Shown: one piece after another, positions 19,045 through 29,552 of the stretch
How positions within the stretch are numbered: position 1 is the stretch's first letter
How the letters are laid out: every line of letters starts with the position of its first letter
Notes under the pieces: model-generated
Seen by the model: the letters and a program-made list of their open reading frames with translations, nothing else
Databases searched by the model: none
Told to the model about the DNA's origin: nothing
Translations under genes and position numbers: made by a program
Assembly (NCBI GenBank): GCA_963663405.2
Contig: CAXXSM010000008.1
Span: forward strand, 1 to 46,491
DNA length: 46,491 nt
Reading direction: 5' to 3'
DNA from: a bacterium
Lineage (GTDB): Bacteria > Hinthialibacterota > Hinthialibacteria > Hinthialibacterales > Hinthialibacteraceae

Positions 19045-20385
19045 TTAGACAATTTCTGAATAGACGGATTTAATTGCATTGATTATATATTTGTCCGCTT
19101 CCTCTGTGAATTTTGGTCCAACACGCACTTGGATGAAGCGATCGTAAACATCTAGCGTTTGGCGGCATATATCGGGATTGTATTGAATTGCTTTTCCTTC
19201 TGGAGTAGTGAAAGACGGCCAATTTGGATGTCGTGTCCGTTTGTTCATGATTGATTCTTCTGTCGGGAGTAAAACGGAACCAGATAGGGATGAACAAGAA
19301 ACTTTTTTCTGTCGCAAGGCTTTGAGGCATTGGTCTTTTTTTTCTTTTGAGGTGGCGTCGAAGAAAACAGAATAGCCGATATCGCCAGCAGGATCCGGTT
19401 GTTTCCGCAGACGAATACCTGGAATCGTGCGAATCCCATCGTAAATCATCGTCGCATTACGTCGTTGATCGGAGAGTATGCGGTCGAATTTTGATAATTG
19501 AGCGCTCATTACAGCGCCGGAAAATTCATTCATACGGTAATTCTCTCCGGTAAAATTCTTTTCGGATTTACCCCCGATTCGTTTTTCAAAGACTCCATTT
19601 AAATTCCCCATGTCTTGATACCGGGCCGCGCGTTCGTAATAGACAGGATCATTTGTTATGAAGGCGCCGCCATCACCGCAAGTAATGATTTTATAGGCGT
19701 TGAAACTAAAGATCGCAACATCGCCAATCGATCCCAGTTTTTTCCCTTTGTAGGACCCCCCCGCGCATTGCGCGCAATCTTCAATGACAAGGATGTTATG
19801 TTTTTTCGCGATCTCCATAATGGGATCCATGTCACAGGGCCCTCCGAGTAAATGGACGGCAATAACCGCTTTGGTGCGGGGTGTAATCGCTTTTTCAAAA
19901 CTTTTCGGATCGAGATTGAATGTTTCATCAATATCAGCAAATACGGGCAACGCGCAGGCGTGAACGATACAGGTGTAATCAGACCACCAGGTGTAAGCAG
20001 GAATGATGACTTCATCTCCGGGTCCAATCCCCAGCGCGGTCATTGCGCAATTCAACGCCGTTGTGCCCGAGGTGACGGCCAATCCAAATTTTGTTTCCAT
20101 ATACTTGGCAAAAGCAACTTCAAAGTCGTTGACTTTATTGGGGGGATTCCCCGGACCGGCAAAACGAAACGGCGCGCCAGATTCTAAAACCTCCTTTAAC
20201 AATTCTTCCTCTTTGTTGTCATAATATTGAGGACCGACAAACCCTGTGACCATTTTTGGAATGCTTACATTTAGCTCGCTGCTATGGGCTAAGATATTTT
20301 GAGATCCAATCCCTAGAGTCGCGGTAGAATATAGAGCGGTTTCCTTTAGAAAATTCCGGCGATTCGTTTGGCGTTGATTTGACAT
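19045..20385 (-). CDS. DegT/DnrJ/EryC1/StrS family PLP aminotransferase with a twin-arginine leader
   Basis: SGTTAL, GPGDEVIIP, VIEDCAQ, FSFNAYKIITCGDGG, GENYRMNE; N-terminal NRRNFLK. Confidence 0.92.
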   Translation of the reverse strand: MSNQRQTNRRNFLKETALYSTATLGIGSQNILAHSSELNVSIPKMVTGFVGPQYYDNKEEELLKEVLESGAPFRFAGPGNPPNKVNDFEVAFAKYMETKFGLAVTSGTTALNCAMTALGIGPGDEVIIPAYTWWSDYTCIVHACALPVFADIDETFNLDPKSFEKAITPRTKAVIAVHLLGGPCDMDPIMEIAKKHNILVIEDCAQCAGGSYKGKKLGSIGDVAIFSFNAYKIITCGDGGAFITNDPVYYERAARYQDMGNLNGVFEKRIGGKSEKNFTGENYRMNEFSGAVMSAQLSKFDRILSDQRRNATMIYDGIRTIPGIRLRKQPDPAGDIGYSVFFDATSKEKKDQCLKALRQKKVSCSSLSGSVLLPTEESIMNKRTRHPNWPSFTTPEGKAIQYNPDICRQTLDVYDRFIQVRVGPKFTEEADKYIINAIKSVYSEIV

Positions 20386-20681
20386 GGTGATCTCTCCTCT
20401 GGTTATGTATTATTAGTAATACATAAGATGTATTTTTTGAAAAAGTCAATGTATGGGTGTCAGGCTCAGATCGAACCACGAAATACAGATCGAAAAATAG
20501 AGATTTTTTCTGTTTTCGGGTTGTGAAAGAAGCCAGTTGTAACTGTCCAGGACAAATCGGCCTCCCACTAAGCAGTTTATAATATTGCTGTTACTACATA
20601 TAATCCCTTTTCAATTCATACTCGTAAACGATACCACTGAGTTGTTGTAAAAAACAGTGGCTCATTCAAGGTTGGGAAATG

Positions 20682-21260
20682 TTATGGCCCCAGCCGGTAA
20701 ATATCCCCATAACTGCATATCCCATTGCTCGAGTCATATTCAAAGAAACCAGCCGCTCCCGGATAACCAATCGAACGAACATAGGATCCTTCAACGCCTT
20801 GCAGGTTATCCGGACCGATCGAGACCAATACATATTTAAAATTACCGGGCATAATATTCCCTTTATAATTGGCAATTCCATCAAACATCCATTGCACCGC
20901 ATCGTTATGTGGGTCAAAGTACCCATACCGTCTCTTCATAATACCGTCCGCATCGGATGTTCCTATAGGACGAAAAGGATCATATACGCTATCCGCCGAG
21001 GAAATATAAGAAACCGGAGATGATAACGCGTCCAGGTAGGCTAAATGCGTGTACCCTCCCCACAAGTTGTAAGGCATATAAGCGTTATTATCCATTCTGT
21101 ATTGTTCAATGGCCGTAGCGAGATTCCGTAAATCGGCTTCCACTTTCGCGACTTTTGCCCGAACTTGCGCATTTAAAAAATTGGGAACGGCAATCGCTGC
21201 GAGAATCCCGATAATCGCCACTACAATAAGTAACTCGATCAGGGTGAATGCTTTCTTCAT
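20682..21260 (-). CDS. Prepilin-type N-terminal cleavage/methylation domain protein (pilin/pseudopilin-like)
   Basis: MKKAFTLIELLIVVAIIGILAAIAVPNF; GGAG RBS before ATG at 21260. Confidence 0.9.
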   Translation of the reverse strand: MKKAFTLIELLIVVAIIGILAAIAVPNFLNAQVRAKVAKVEADLRNLATAIEQYRMDNNAYMPYNLWGGYTHLAYLDALSSPVSYISSADSVYDPFRPIGTSDADGIMKRRYGYFDPHNDAVQWMFDGIANYKGNIMPGNFKYVLVSIGPDNLQGVEGSYVRSIGYPGAAGFFEYDSSNGICSYGDIYRLGP

Positions 21261-21750
21261 GATCTCTTCTCCGATTATGAAATGGTTGTAATTCACGTTG
21301 CGCGTTGATAGCAAACTATCGATGATCGAAGGGATTAATTTTCGTAGAGAGTAATGAAAACCATTGCTTGGGATGAATTGTCAATCAATTATGATGATAT
21401 GGTTAAATACTGAGAATATATCTCACTACGAAAAATGATAATCCACTTCTCATCCGTCGATTGTTCTTCATACTCCAAACTTATTTAAAACCGATCCTGT
21501 GTGCTTACGGATTTGATGTTTATACACATAGTTCCACAAATTTACCATACATTTTTTGGCAGTGTCAATAAGGTCTCAAAATAAAAAAAATTTGTCTCAT
21601 ACGCCAATACGTGATTTGTATATATATAATGCCAATAAAGAACCATCTTTACATCTGACTGTCATTTTTATCGTCCAGGACACAGAAACGAATAATTTCT
21701 ATCACTTCATCACACTTCTAAAGAGTTTTATTCAAATTTTTAAATTCGAC

Positions 21751-21778
21751 TTGATCCCGACGGCAAAATCCGTATAAT
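21751..21778 (+). promoter_or_regulatory. Candidate sigma70-type promoter
   Basis: TTGATC-16 nt-TATAAT upstream of 21889/21981. Confidence 0.4.
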
Positions 21779-21888
21779 ACTATCGCTTGATCGAGAATAA
21801 ATCAAGTCGGCGATATAGCCACTCCGAATAAACGAAGGTTAGGGATTTCAAGGTTTCAGACGTCAAAAAAGGGAAGGAGAACGACAAA

Positions 21889-21984
21889 ATGAAGAAGATG
21901 ACTTATGTAGTTATTGGATTGGCGGGGATTGCTTTACAAGGTATCCATGATTTATTCACTCATACAGAAAGGAATGTATCATGA
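21889..21984 (+). CDS. Possible 31-aa small ORF (MKKMTYVVIGLAGIALQGIHDLFTHTERNVS)
   Basis: Strong RBS GGAAGGAG; the stop overlaps the next start (ATGA). Confidence 0.35.
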   Translation: MKKMTYVVIGLAGIALQGIHDLFTHTERNVS

Positions 21985-22994
21985 AAAATCAATCATCTCA
22001 CAAAGTACTATTGTTTTGTTCACTGATGGCTCTGTTCGTGCTCTTCGCACAAACGCCGTCTCAGTCGGCGGAATCTCGTAGAGGGGGCTTGTATGGCGAC
22101 TGGATGGTCAAGGTTGATTACGATGGAAGACAGATGGAATCAATTCTATCGTTTTCCAGAAACAATGAGGGGGAACAGATCGGTCAGTGGATCAGTTTTT
22201 GGGGACTCAGCGATCTGAAAGACATTACGTTCGAAGAAGGCAAACTCAGTTTCACGCGGGAAAACCGTAATCGAGACGGTCAAACCATTACATCGAAGTT
22301 CACCGGCACAATCCAGGATGGAAAATTATCTGGAACCCTGTCGAGTGATAGAGGGGAATTTACGCTTGAAGGCAAGCGTAGTGAGCGAATGCCCAGGGCT
22401 GTCGGGAATTGGGAAATTAAGTACACAATAGGTGAACGCGAAATCACCTCAATGCTTGTAATCGAGACGGACAAGAATGGTGAACTCAAAGTCCAATGGC
22501 AGAGCCAACGGGTAAAACATGTGATTACAGATGTGCAATCCGAGAGAGGCAGCCTGACGTTCAAGATAAAAAGCAGTATGGAGGATCGTGAGTGGGAATC
22601 CACATTTGAAGGGACGATCAGCAGGAATACGCTTTCCGGCATGCTCAAGTCTGAGCGGGGAGAGATTCCAGTTGAGGGAGAACGGATTGGCGCTTCTCTT
22701 ATTGGGAATTGGGACCTTGAAATCACATCGGACCAAGGCAGTCGTAAACAGAGACTGAGAGTAAACCCAGATCTGAGCGGTTTGTATGGATCCACTCCCA
22801 TCAAGAAAGTCAATCTAGAAGATGGTAAGGTTAGTTTCAAAATCACCCTGGAATTCGGGGACCGGGAATTTGAAATGAGTTTTGAAGGAAAACTTGAGGA
22901 ATCAGATCTGACCGGCGAAATCACGTCCACCAGAGGCAGTCAAAAGGTCACCGGGAAGAAAGTCGTTCGAACTAGAAGAAATCGGAATAATTAG
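21981..22994 (+). CDS. Secreted hypothetical protein with three ~100-aa beta-rich repeats
   Basis: Signal peptide ...SQSA. Repeats start GDW/GNW/GNW and end F.G......LxG...S.RG.....G. Confidence 0.85.
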   Translation: MKNQSSHKVLLFCSLMALFVLFAQTPSQSAESRRGGLYGDWMVKVDYDGRQMESILSFSRNNEGEQIGQWISFWGLSDLKDITFEEGKLSFTRENRNRDGQTITSKFTGTIQDGKLSGTLSSDRGEFTLEGKRSERMPRAVGNWEIKYTIGEREITSMLVIETDKNGELKVQWQSQRVKHVITDVQSERGSLTFKIKSSMEDREWESTFEGTISRNTLSGMLKSERGEIPVEGERIGASLIGNWDLEITSDQGSRKQRLRVNPDLSGLYGSTPIKKVNLEDGKVSFKITLEFGDREFEMSFEGKLEESDLTGEITSTRGSQKVTGKKVVRTRRNRNN

Positions 22995-23043
22995 TTTCTA
23001 TTCATGTATCAGATTTCGAGTTTTATAAGATGAATAAGGAGAA

Positions 23044-24207
23044 TCATGGGATCTCCATCAGTAGCGTCTTCATCGCTTTCGTCATCGCTTGTTGATAATT
23101 CTGTGTATCGAGAACGTGGAAGATGAAGCGGTCCTTTGCATCTGATTCCATTCTCCATTCTGTTACGCCATTCTCGTCACAAGTCACTCGAATCGATTCG
23201 AAAGTAAACACCGAATCGATTCCGCTTTTATCCAATGAATCGATATGACCAACGGAATCGACTGTGTAACCCGCGGCATGCAGAAATCCTGCGGTACACC
23301 ACATGTGGCGTTCGTGTTCTCCGAATTGGGCCAGTTTTTCCATTTCATTTTCACCATTCAAATAACGAAGCCAGTTATGACCGGTGTACCTTCCAAACAT
23401 GTAAACAAAATAATTTCTCATTTTCTTGGTAAGAAAGGGAAGAATTTCGTTTTGACGAAATTTGTAGTGTGTTCCGAATTCCCTCACTACCAACTGATCG
23501 AGAGCCTTTATTTTCTCGAAACAAGGCATCCAATAGAGTGGGCAGGGAATATCAAATATTGATTTGTAGGATGGAATACTTAAATTTACGTTGTATTCCA
23601 ATTTAGCCGCTTCTGATGTATCCGGCGATCCTGTCCCGGCATTCAAGTATATCCCAGCGCATTTTTGAGAAAAAAGATCTGGATTCAGTTTTCCAGCGAT
23701 CGCGATATCTCTGCAAGAGCCAATCACGTGGATTATGACCGGCTGTTTCGACGCGCGTAAAGTATCGAGAATAAAGTTCACTCCTTGCATATCATCAAGA
23801 TAATCACCCACTTGTTTTACATTGATTGATTCAAGTGGAATTGATGATCCAACCGCCACACTCACGGAGAGGCCAGTGATTCGGTTTAGCTGCGCAACAG
23901 CCATAACATCCGGATTCCAAGCCTTTTTTTCTTCTGGAGGAGAATCAATTACAACGCCTTTTAAACGAATGGCGCCCTGCTGAGCCAGCGCATATTCGCA
24001 GGCCAAATCCCAATGATCGTCTGGATCGTTATGCGGACGGAATAAATCCGTTACATGAATAACTGCGGGTGAAGATTGAGCGGCAGGCGCATTTGTGGAA
24101 GCGGCGAACAGTGTTGTCTGATTCATGATAATAACATAGATCAAGACCGTGGGTAAACCAACAATTCTCCTATAGTTCATGCGCATAATTTTACTCCTAT
24201 TCATCAA
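23044..24207 (-). CDS. Secreted nucleoside hydrolase-like protein
   Basis: TDLFRPHNDPDDHWDLA, IGSCRDIA, EYNV; signal peptide ...LFA. Confidence 0.7.
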   Translation of the reverse strand: MMNRSKIMRMNYRRIVGLPTVLIYVIIMNQTTLFAASTNAPAAQSSPAVIHVTDLFRPHNDPDDHWDLACEYALAQQGAIRLKGVVIDSPPEEKKAWNPDVMAVAQLNRITGLSVSVAVGSSIPLESINVKQVGDYLDDMQGVNFILDTLRASKQPVIIHVIGSCRDIAIAGKLNPDLFSQKCAGIYLNAGTGSPDTSEAAKLEYNVNLSIPSYKSIFDIPCPLYWMPCFEKIKALDQLVVREFGTHYKFRQNEILPFLTKKMRNYFVYMFGRYTGHNWLRYLNGENEMEKLAQFGEHERHMWCTAGFLHAAGYTVDSVGHIDSLDKSGIDSVFTFESIRVTCDENGVTEWRMESDAKDRFIFHVLDTQNYQQAMTKAMKTLLMEIP

Positions 24208-24509
24208 TCGAAATTGGAATCATTGAAATATCACTCGAAAATTTTTCAATCCTATGGTATTTGGCGTTAATGATCGGTGAGAGCATAAATTCCTCGTATT
24301 ACTCTTTTGTCTCCACCGTTCAGGAAACGTTCACAAAATAATATCAGAATAGAGATTTTCAAAATTCTATCGTTGAATGATTTGTTCTCGAAGACTTGTC
24401 ATAGTTGAAATGATTTCACATTACGCTTATCTTCTGGTAGGAGAATTTTCTTTTTTGGTCTATATTATTTTGCTCTTATTGAACGTAGATTATGTAACGA
24501 GGTAATTTC

Positions 24510-25913
24510 ATGAACAAAAACAAAGAAACAAATCGTTCGAGAAATACACCGGCTCCGTTTTCCATCAGCCGCCGCCGGTTTCTTCAAACTGGCGCCGCGT
24601 CCATCGCGCTTTCTTCGCTTCACACGGAAGCGATGGCGCTCGCGGCAGAGAAACCCAAACGGGTTGGATTGATTGGAGCGGGATGGTATGGCAAAAGCGA
24701 TCTTTGGCGGCTGATTCAAGTCGCGCCGGTTGAAGTTGTCTCAATTTGCGATCCGGATACAAACATGCTTGCCGAAGCTGTGGAAATCCATGGCCAACGG
24801 CTTCCCGCAAATAAGAAACCCCGCACGTATAACGATTATCGCGAGATGCTCAAAGAAAAAGATCTCGATATCGTGCTTATCGGCACACCGGATCACTGGC
24901 ACGCGCTGCAGATGATCGAGGCGGTGAAGGCCGGAGCGGATGTATATGTGCAAAAGCCGATCAGCGTGGATGTGCTTGAAGGCGAGGCGATGGTCGCCGC
25001 CGCCCGGAAACATGGCCGTGTCGTGCAGGTCGGCACGCAGCGGAAGAGCACACCGCATCTCATTGATGTCAAGAAACAAGTTGTTGAAGCGGGGCTGCTG
25101 GGGACAGTAGGGCATGTTGAAATGTGCTGCTACTACCACATGCGCGCCAACGGCAATCCACCGGTCCAACCTGTGCCGGACTTTCTCGATTACGAGATGT
25201 GGACGGGACCGGCGCCTCTACGTCCTTATGATGGTTTGCCGCATACGCGCTGGTGGCGGACCTTTATGGAATACGGCAATGGCATTATAGGAGATATGTG
25301 TGTGCATATGTTCGATACAGCGCGGTGGATGCTTGGACTTGGCTGGCCGAAACAGGTTACATCCACTGGTGGAATTCTCGTTCAGAAAGATGGCAAGTCA
25401 AACATCGCGGATACGCAAATCGCGACCTTTGAATACGATAAATTTAACTGCGTATGGCAGCACCGGACGTGGGGATCTACTCCAGACCCTGATTACCCGT
25501 GGGCGTTATTCATCTATGGCGATAAAGGAACGCTCAAAGCGAGCACAATGCGCGCGGATTTCATCCCGCAAGGCAACAATGGGAAACCAATCCATTTCGA
25601 ATGTTTTTATGAACGCGAACAATACCCAGAAGACTTGAAAGAGAAACGCATTGAACTGAACGCCGCGCCCGCTACGCGGCGGCATATGCTCGATTTTCTC
25701 ACAGCGATCGAAAAGCGCAGCCGGCCGGTCGCGGATATTGAAGAAGGCCATATTTCGACAGCCAGCTGTATAATGGCCAATCTCTCGATGGGATTGGGTG
25801 GACGGCCTCTTCAGTACGATCCTCAGAAGCGTGTCGTGATTGGCGATGAAGAAGCCACACGGCTTCTGCGCCGCTCATACCGGGAACCGTGGGATCATCC
25901 AGATGTCGTATAA
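24510..25913 (+). CDS. Gfo/Idh/MocA family oxidoreductase with Tat signal
   Basis: SRRRFLQ, GLIGAGWYG, GTPDHWH, YVQKP, VQVGTQRKS. Confidence 0.93.
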   Translation: MNKNKETNRSRNTPAPFSISRRRFLQTGAASIALSSLHTEAMALAAEKPKRVGLIGAGWYGKSDLWRLIQVAPVEVVSICDPDTNMLAEAVEIHGQRLPANKKPRTYNDYREMLKEKDLDIVLIGTPDHWHALQMIEAVKAGADVYVQKPISVDVLEGEAMVAAARKHGRVVQVGTQRKSTPHLIDVKKQVVEAGLLGTVGHVEMCCYYHMRANGNPPVQPVPDFLDYEMWTGPAPLRPYDGLPHTRWWRTFMEYGNGIIGDMCVHMFDTARWMLGLGWPKQVTSTGGILVQKDGKSNIADTQIATFEYDKFNCVWQHRTWGSTPDPDYPWALFIYGDKGTLKASTMRADFIPQGNNGKPIHFECFYEREQYPEDLKEKRIELNAAPATRRHMLDFLTAIEKRSRPVADIEEGHISTASCIMANLSMGLGGRPLQYDPQKRVVIGDEEATRLLRRSYREPWDHPDVV

Positions 25914-25930
25914 GAATTTCGAGGCTCCGG

Positions 25931-27019
25931 TTAACGGGTTGGTGTGACAGGCTTTCTTCGCCACCAGGACGCCAGCATTGAGCCGGAAATATTCATCCAT
26001 GTGCCAAAAATTGCCGGGGCGATGGCCGCTCCTGTGTTTTTTAATACATTGACCGCCAATCCCGTTCCCATTCCCGTATTCTGCAAGCCCACCTCAATGG
26101 CGATTGTCCGGCGGGAGGTTTCATCCATCCCAAAGAGCCATGCTCCCCCATACCCCATAAGATAACCGATTAAATTATGAATGATCGAAGCGCAGATCAA
26201 TAAGAATCCGACTGTCATTAAATCATCACGGGATAAGGATGTAATAATGGCAAGGATAAAACAGATGGAAAACATCGCAACGAAGGAAAGGAATCTATCC
26301 ATCCATTCACCCGTCAGTTTGAAATATTGAAGAATGATATTGGTCAAAAGGCCCGCGCCGATCGGCGCCATGATAATTTGAATAATAGTCCACATCATAT
26401 TGAGGAATGGAATTTCAATATATTGTCCCGCTAATAATTTCATCATTAAGGGAGTCATGATGGGCGAAATTAAAGTTGAACAGGCTGTCATGGTAACCGA
26501 TAAGGCGACATTCCCTTTGGCTATGTATGTCATCACATTCGACGCGACGCCACCCGGGCAGGAGCCAACGAGAACGATCCCCGCCGCGATTCCCGCCTCA
26601 AATCCAAATAAGAAAGCGATGGATACCCCCACGAACGGCATAACCGTAAATTGAAGAACCATCCCGATCAAAACCGCTTTGGGCATTGAGAGAACGCGGG
26701 TGAAATCGGTTAAACTTAATGTCGTTCCCATTCCAAACATAATAATTTGAATGAGTGGCACAATGAGCGTTTTCAGTTCGAAGCGGCCCCATGTTTGAAA
26801 GGCGAAGGGATATACCATCGCCGCCGATACAAAGGCAAATATCCAAAGGGAAAATGAGAAGCTCTTCAGCGAGGGAGTTAATTGCAGAGAAACGGCCGCT
26901 GAAACAAAAAAGAGAATAACCGCCGGTCCCATCCATATCCATTGTCCCAAACTCCATAGAACACCAACCACGATAAAAAGAAACGCGCTGGTCAATAAGA
27001 AAAAACGATATAGCATCAT
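25931..27019 (-). CDS. Bile acid:sodium symporter (BASS/SBF) family transporter
   Basis: IMFGMGTTL, QFTVMP, SCPGGVASNV, IEVGLQNTG. Confidence 0.92.
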   Translation of the reverse strand: MMLYRFFLLTSAFLFIVVGVLWSLGQWIWMGPAVILFFVSAAVSLQLTPSLKSFSFSLWIFAFVSAAMVYPFAFQTWGRFELKTLIVPLIQIIMFGMGTTLSLTDFTRVLSMPKAVLIGMVLQFTVMPFVGVSIAFLFGFEAGIAAGIVLVGSCPGGVASNVMTYIAKGNVALSVTMTACSTLISPIMTPLMMKLLAGQYIEIPFLNMMWTIIQIIMAPIGAGLLTNIILQYFKLTGEWMDRFLSFVAMFSICFILAIITSLSRDDLMTVGFLLICASIIHNLIGYLMGYGGAWLFGMDETSRRTIAIEVGLQNTGMGTGLAVNVLKNTGAAIAPAIFGTWMNISGSMLASWWRRKPVTPTR

Positions 27020-27045
27020 TGAAATCTCATTTGAATCGTGTTGGA

Positions 27046-28179
27046 TTACTCGGAATAAACCGCTTCGCGTAAACCTGTGATATATCCGATGGCGAACAAC
27101 CGTCCAATAGATGAATATCCTGGTCTGTCGTTGTCGTCTCCTTCCATGGTAGGCACATGATCGGGCCGGCAGACTCCATTGTATCCGATATCACGATAGG
27201 CGCGCATACAAGCCGCCATGTCAGTCTGACCATCATCATGGAACGTTTCAACAAACTTTTCAGCCGTGCCTTTCACGTCTCTAAAATGCACGAAAAAGAT
27301 CTTTTTTTGTTTACCGAAATGCCGGATCACACCCGGAAGGTTATCTGTCATGAGAGTGAAATTCCCTTGGCAAAGCGCAATTCCATTAACCGGACTCGGT
27401 ACGAGATCGAGCAGGCGTTGATAGTTGTCAATGCTGCGCATGATCCGGCCGATTCCTCGAACGGGTGAAAGCGGAGGATCGTCCGGATGCATCGCCAGTT
27501 TGACATTGGCTTCTTCAGCGATAGGAACAATAATATGAAGAAAATTCTCCAGATTTTTCCACAATGTATCTTCCGTTACGGCGCCATATCTTGTCAGCGG
27601 ATCGTTCTCAACATCTTTGATATCAAAACCCGTCACCAACGCGCCGCCGCGCGCAGGAATCGCTTGATTCGTCCGCTGCCAATTAAAACCCGCCATCCAT
27701 TCGTAACACCAGACGGGAATATTGAGTTTGCCCATATTGCGAATCAATTCAATTACAGTTTCAATCTCCTCCTCTTTTCCCGGCAAACCGAGTTTGATCT
27801 TATTCATGGGGGGCCGTGATTCAATGACGGCGAGTTCGAATCCTCCAGCTTCATAGGCTTTTTTCAATCGAGAGAGAGGACCCAAACTCCATGGTTTTTC
27901 ACCGGGTTTGCGATCGATGTCCCAGTCTCGGCCGAATGATCCAACAACGTGGTCGACCCCACACTGCTTAACAATTCTCCACAATGCGTTTTCCGGTGGA
28001 TTGAATATCTCCGCGATTTTCATAATCGGTTTTGAATCCATTGCTTTTTCATCTATGGAATAGATTGAATCTCGTTCAGCGGGAAAAGATCGAAGAGGGG
28101 TGGATACGGTGTGTATAGCGGCGCCGGACGCTATCATGAATCCCCGCCGGGTTACTTGATTCCTTATAGGATTGCGCAT
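27046..28179 (-). CDS. uxuA: Mannonate dehydratase family protein with a twin-arginine-like leader
   Basis: LAMHPDDPP, FVHFRDVKG, FVETFHDDG, RPDHVP, GRLFAIGY. Confidence 0.88.
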   Translation of the reverse strand: MRNPIRNQVTRRGFMIASGAAIHTVSTPLRSFPAERDSIYSIDEKAMDSKPIMKIAEIFNPPENALWRIVKQCGVDHVVGSFGRDWDIDRKPGEKPWSLGPLSRLKKAYEAGGFELAVIESRPPMNKIKLGLPGKEEEIETVIELIRNMGKLNIPVWCYEWMAGFNWQRTNQAIPARGGALVTGFDIKDVENDPLTRYGAVTEDTLWKNLENFLHIIVPIAEEANVKLAMHPDDPPLSPVRGIGRIMRSIDNYQRLLDLVPSPVNGIALCQGNFTLMTDNLPGVIRHFGKQKKIFFVHFRDVKGTAEKFVETFHDDGQTDMAACMRAYRDIGYNGVCRPDHVPTMEGDDNDRPGYSSIGRLFAIGYITGLREAVYSE

Positions 28180-28356
28180 TGGATTTTTCCTTTCTTTTTC
28201 ACGGCGCTTTCTACTGATTGTATCATTATATGGGAATCCATGCTTGGGATTAGTGAAGAATATCGAATGCGGTTCCTTGCGTGCTCATTTGAATAAATCA
28301 TTTCCCAATATTCCAGTTATTCACTTCCGGCAAGGGCGCTCGTATCGTTGGATCGC

Positions 28357-29409
28357 TTAAGTGGATCCAGCGTATAAAACCTCCATCCGTTTAGGACAAT
28401 GGATACACTGCTGAGATAGACGCCCGGATAAAAATGATTTTCTAAAATTCCTATAGGCTTTCTGATTCCAGATTTTCTGAAATGATTGGTGGTTGATATT
28501 GCCGAAAACGAGTTTTTTGTAAATCTGCTTTCCAGCCTTTAATTCATAAGAATCTTCTTGTATGGGGATGCATGAAAACACACAGGGAGACACCTCACCC
28601 GCAGCGGATATGAATAACGCCCGTTCAATGTTTTCCGTACACGATCCTCCATCATTTTCTGGATCGTTCAGATAATAATACAGCGGAACACCCAGCTGTT
28701 TTGCGTTGTCGGTGACAGCCTGCAGATGCGTGTTTAAATGCGCGTGTTCTTGGCGCGGTAGATTATGGAGTCTTTCGTTTTCCAACGGTGGAGAGGGCGC
28801 ATATGGCAATGTTGTGATGACAACCTGATCGATATCCTGTCCGGAAAAGAATGATGGCAACTGTTCAATCTCATCCAATCCAGAGCGAAGCAGCATATAC
28901 GCAATATGAATCGAGGGAAGGGAAGCGCCTGCGTCACGCTTGATCTGGTTAAGACGCCGAATAACATCCACTACTTTTTCCTGCTTCGTTCCATTGCGGA
29001 TAGAGTCGTTCTTCCCGCTGGCTCCCGCTAAAGAGAATGAAATGATATCGACACCAGTTTCAACCAGCTGTTGAATTGTATCATCATCAAGCGCCAGGGC
29101 GTTTGTCGTCATTCCAACCTTGCATCCCGTTTGTTTGGCGAGAGAGATGAATGTGAAAATATCAGGGTGAAGAAACGGTTCTCCCCATCCCTGCAAGTAC
29201 GCCAGCCCGGTTTTTGACAGAGCGGGCAGGATTTTCTCAAACGTCTCACGGGTCATGAATCGATTCTTCCAGCGGTCTTGAAAGACGGTTCGTGGACAAT
29301 ACACACAGGCGGCGTTGCAGATTGAACTGACCTCGATCTGTATCCAGTCGGTTGATGGAATCCACCAAGTTTTAAACCAACTCATGGCGATTGTATAATT
29401 ATCACTCAT
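28357..29409 (-). CDS. Radical SAM protein with SPASM/Twitch-type C-terminal domain
   Basis: CNAACVYC, GWGEPFLHP, TTN; C-terminal C...GEVSPC...FGNI...IWN...CIHC. Confidence 0.9.
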   Translation of the reverse strand: MSDNYTIAMSWFKTWWIPSTDWIQIEVSSICNAACVYCPRTVFQDRWKNRFMTRETFEKILPALSKTGLAYLQGWGEPFLHPDIFTFISLAKQTGCKVGMTTNALALDDDTIQQLVETGVDIISFSLAGASGKNDSIRNGTKQEKVVDVIRRLNQIKRDAGASLPSIHIAYMLLRSGLDEIEQLPSFFSGQDIDQVVITTLPYAPSPPLENERLHNLPRQEHAHLNTHLQAVTDNAKQLGVPLYYYLNDPENDGGSCTENIERALFISAAGEVSPCVFSCIPIQEDSYELKAGKQIYKKLVFGNINHQSFQKIWNQKAYRNFRKSFLSGRLSQQCIHCPKRMEVLYAGST

Positions 29410-29552
29410 TGATCTAGGTGTTGATTAACATACTCTCTACAGTATATAGTTAAGTTTCATCTTGTAAGGCTTTTTATAACCTCATCATGTATGATACTAT
29501 CAGATCTGCTTGTCTTAGAGAAAGTATTTGCGTGAAAGGAGAAGATATTACA

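Noticed and set aside
28357-29409. Radical SAM/SPASM enzyme as a RiPP maturase
   Set aside because: No precursor peptide, PqqD/RRE domain or transporter is adjacent.
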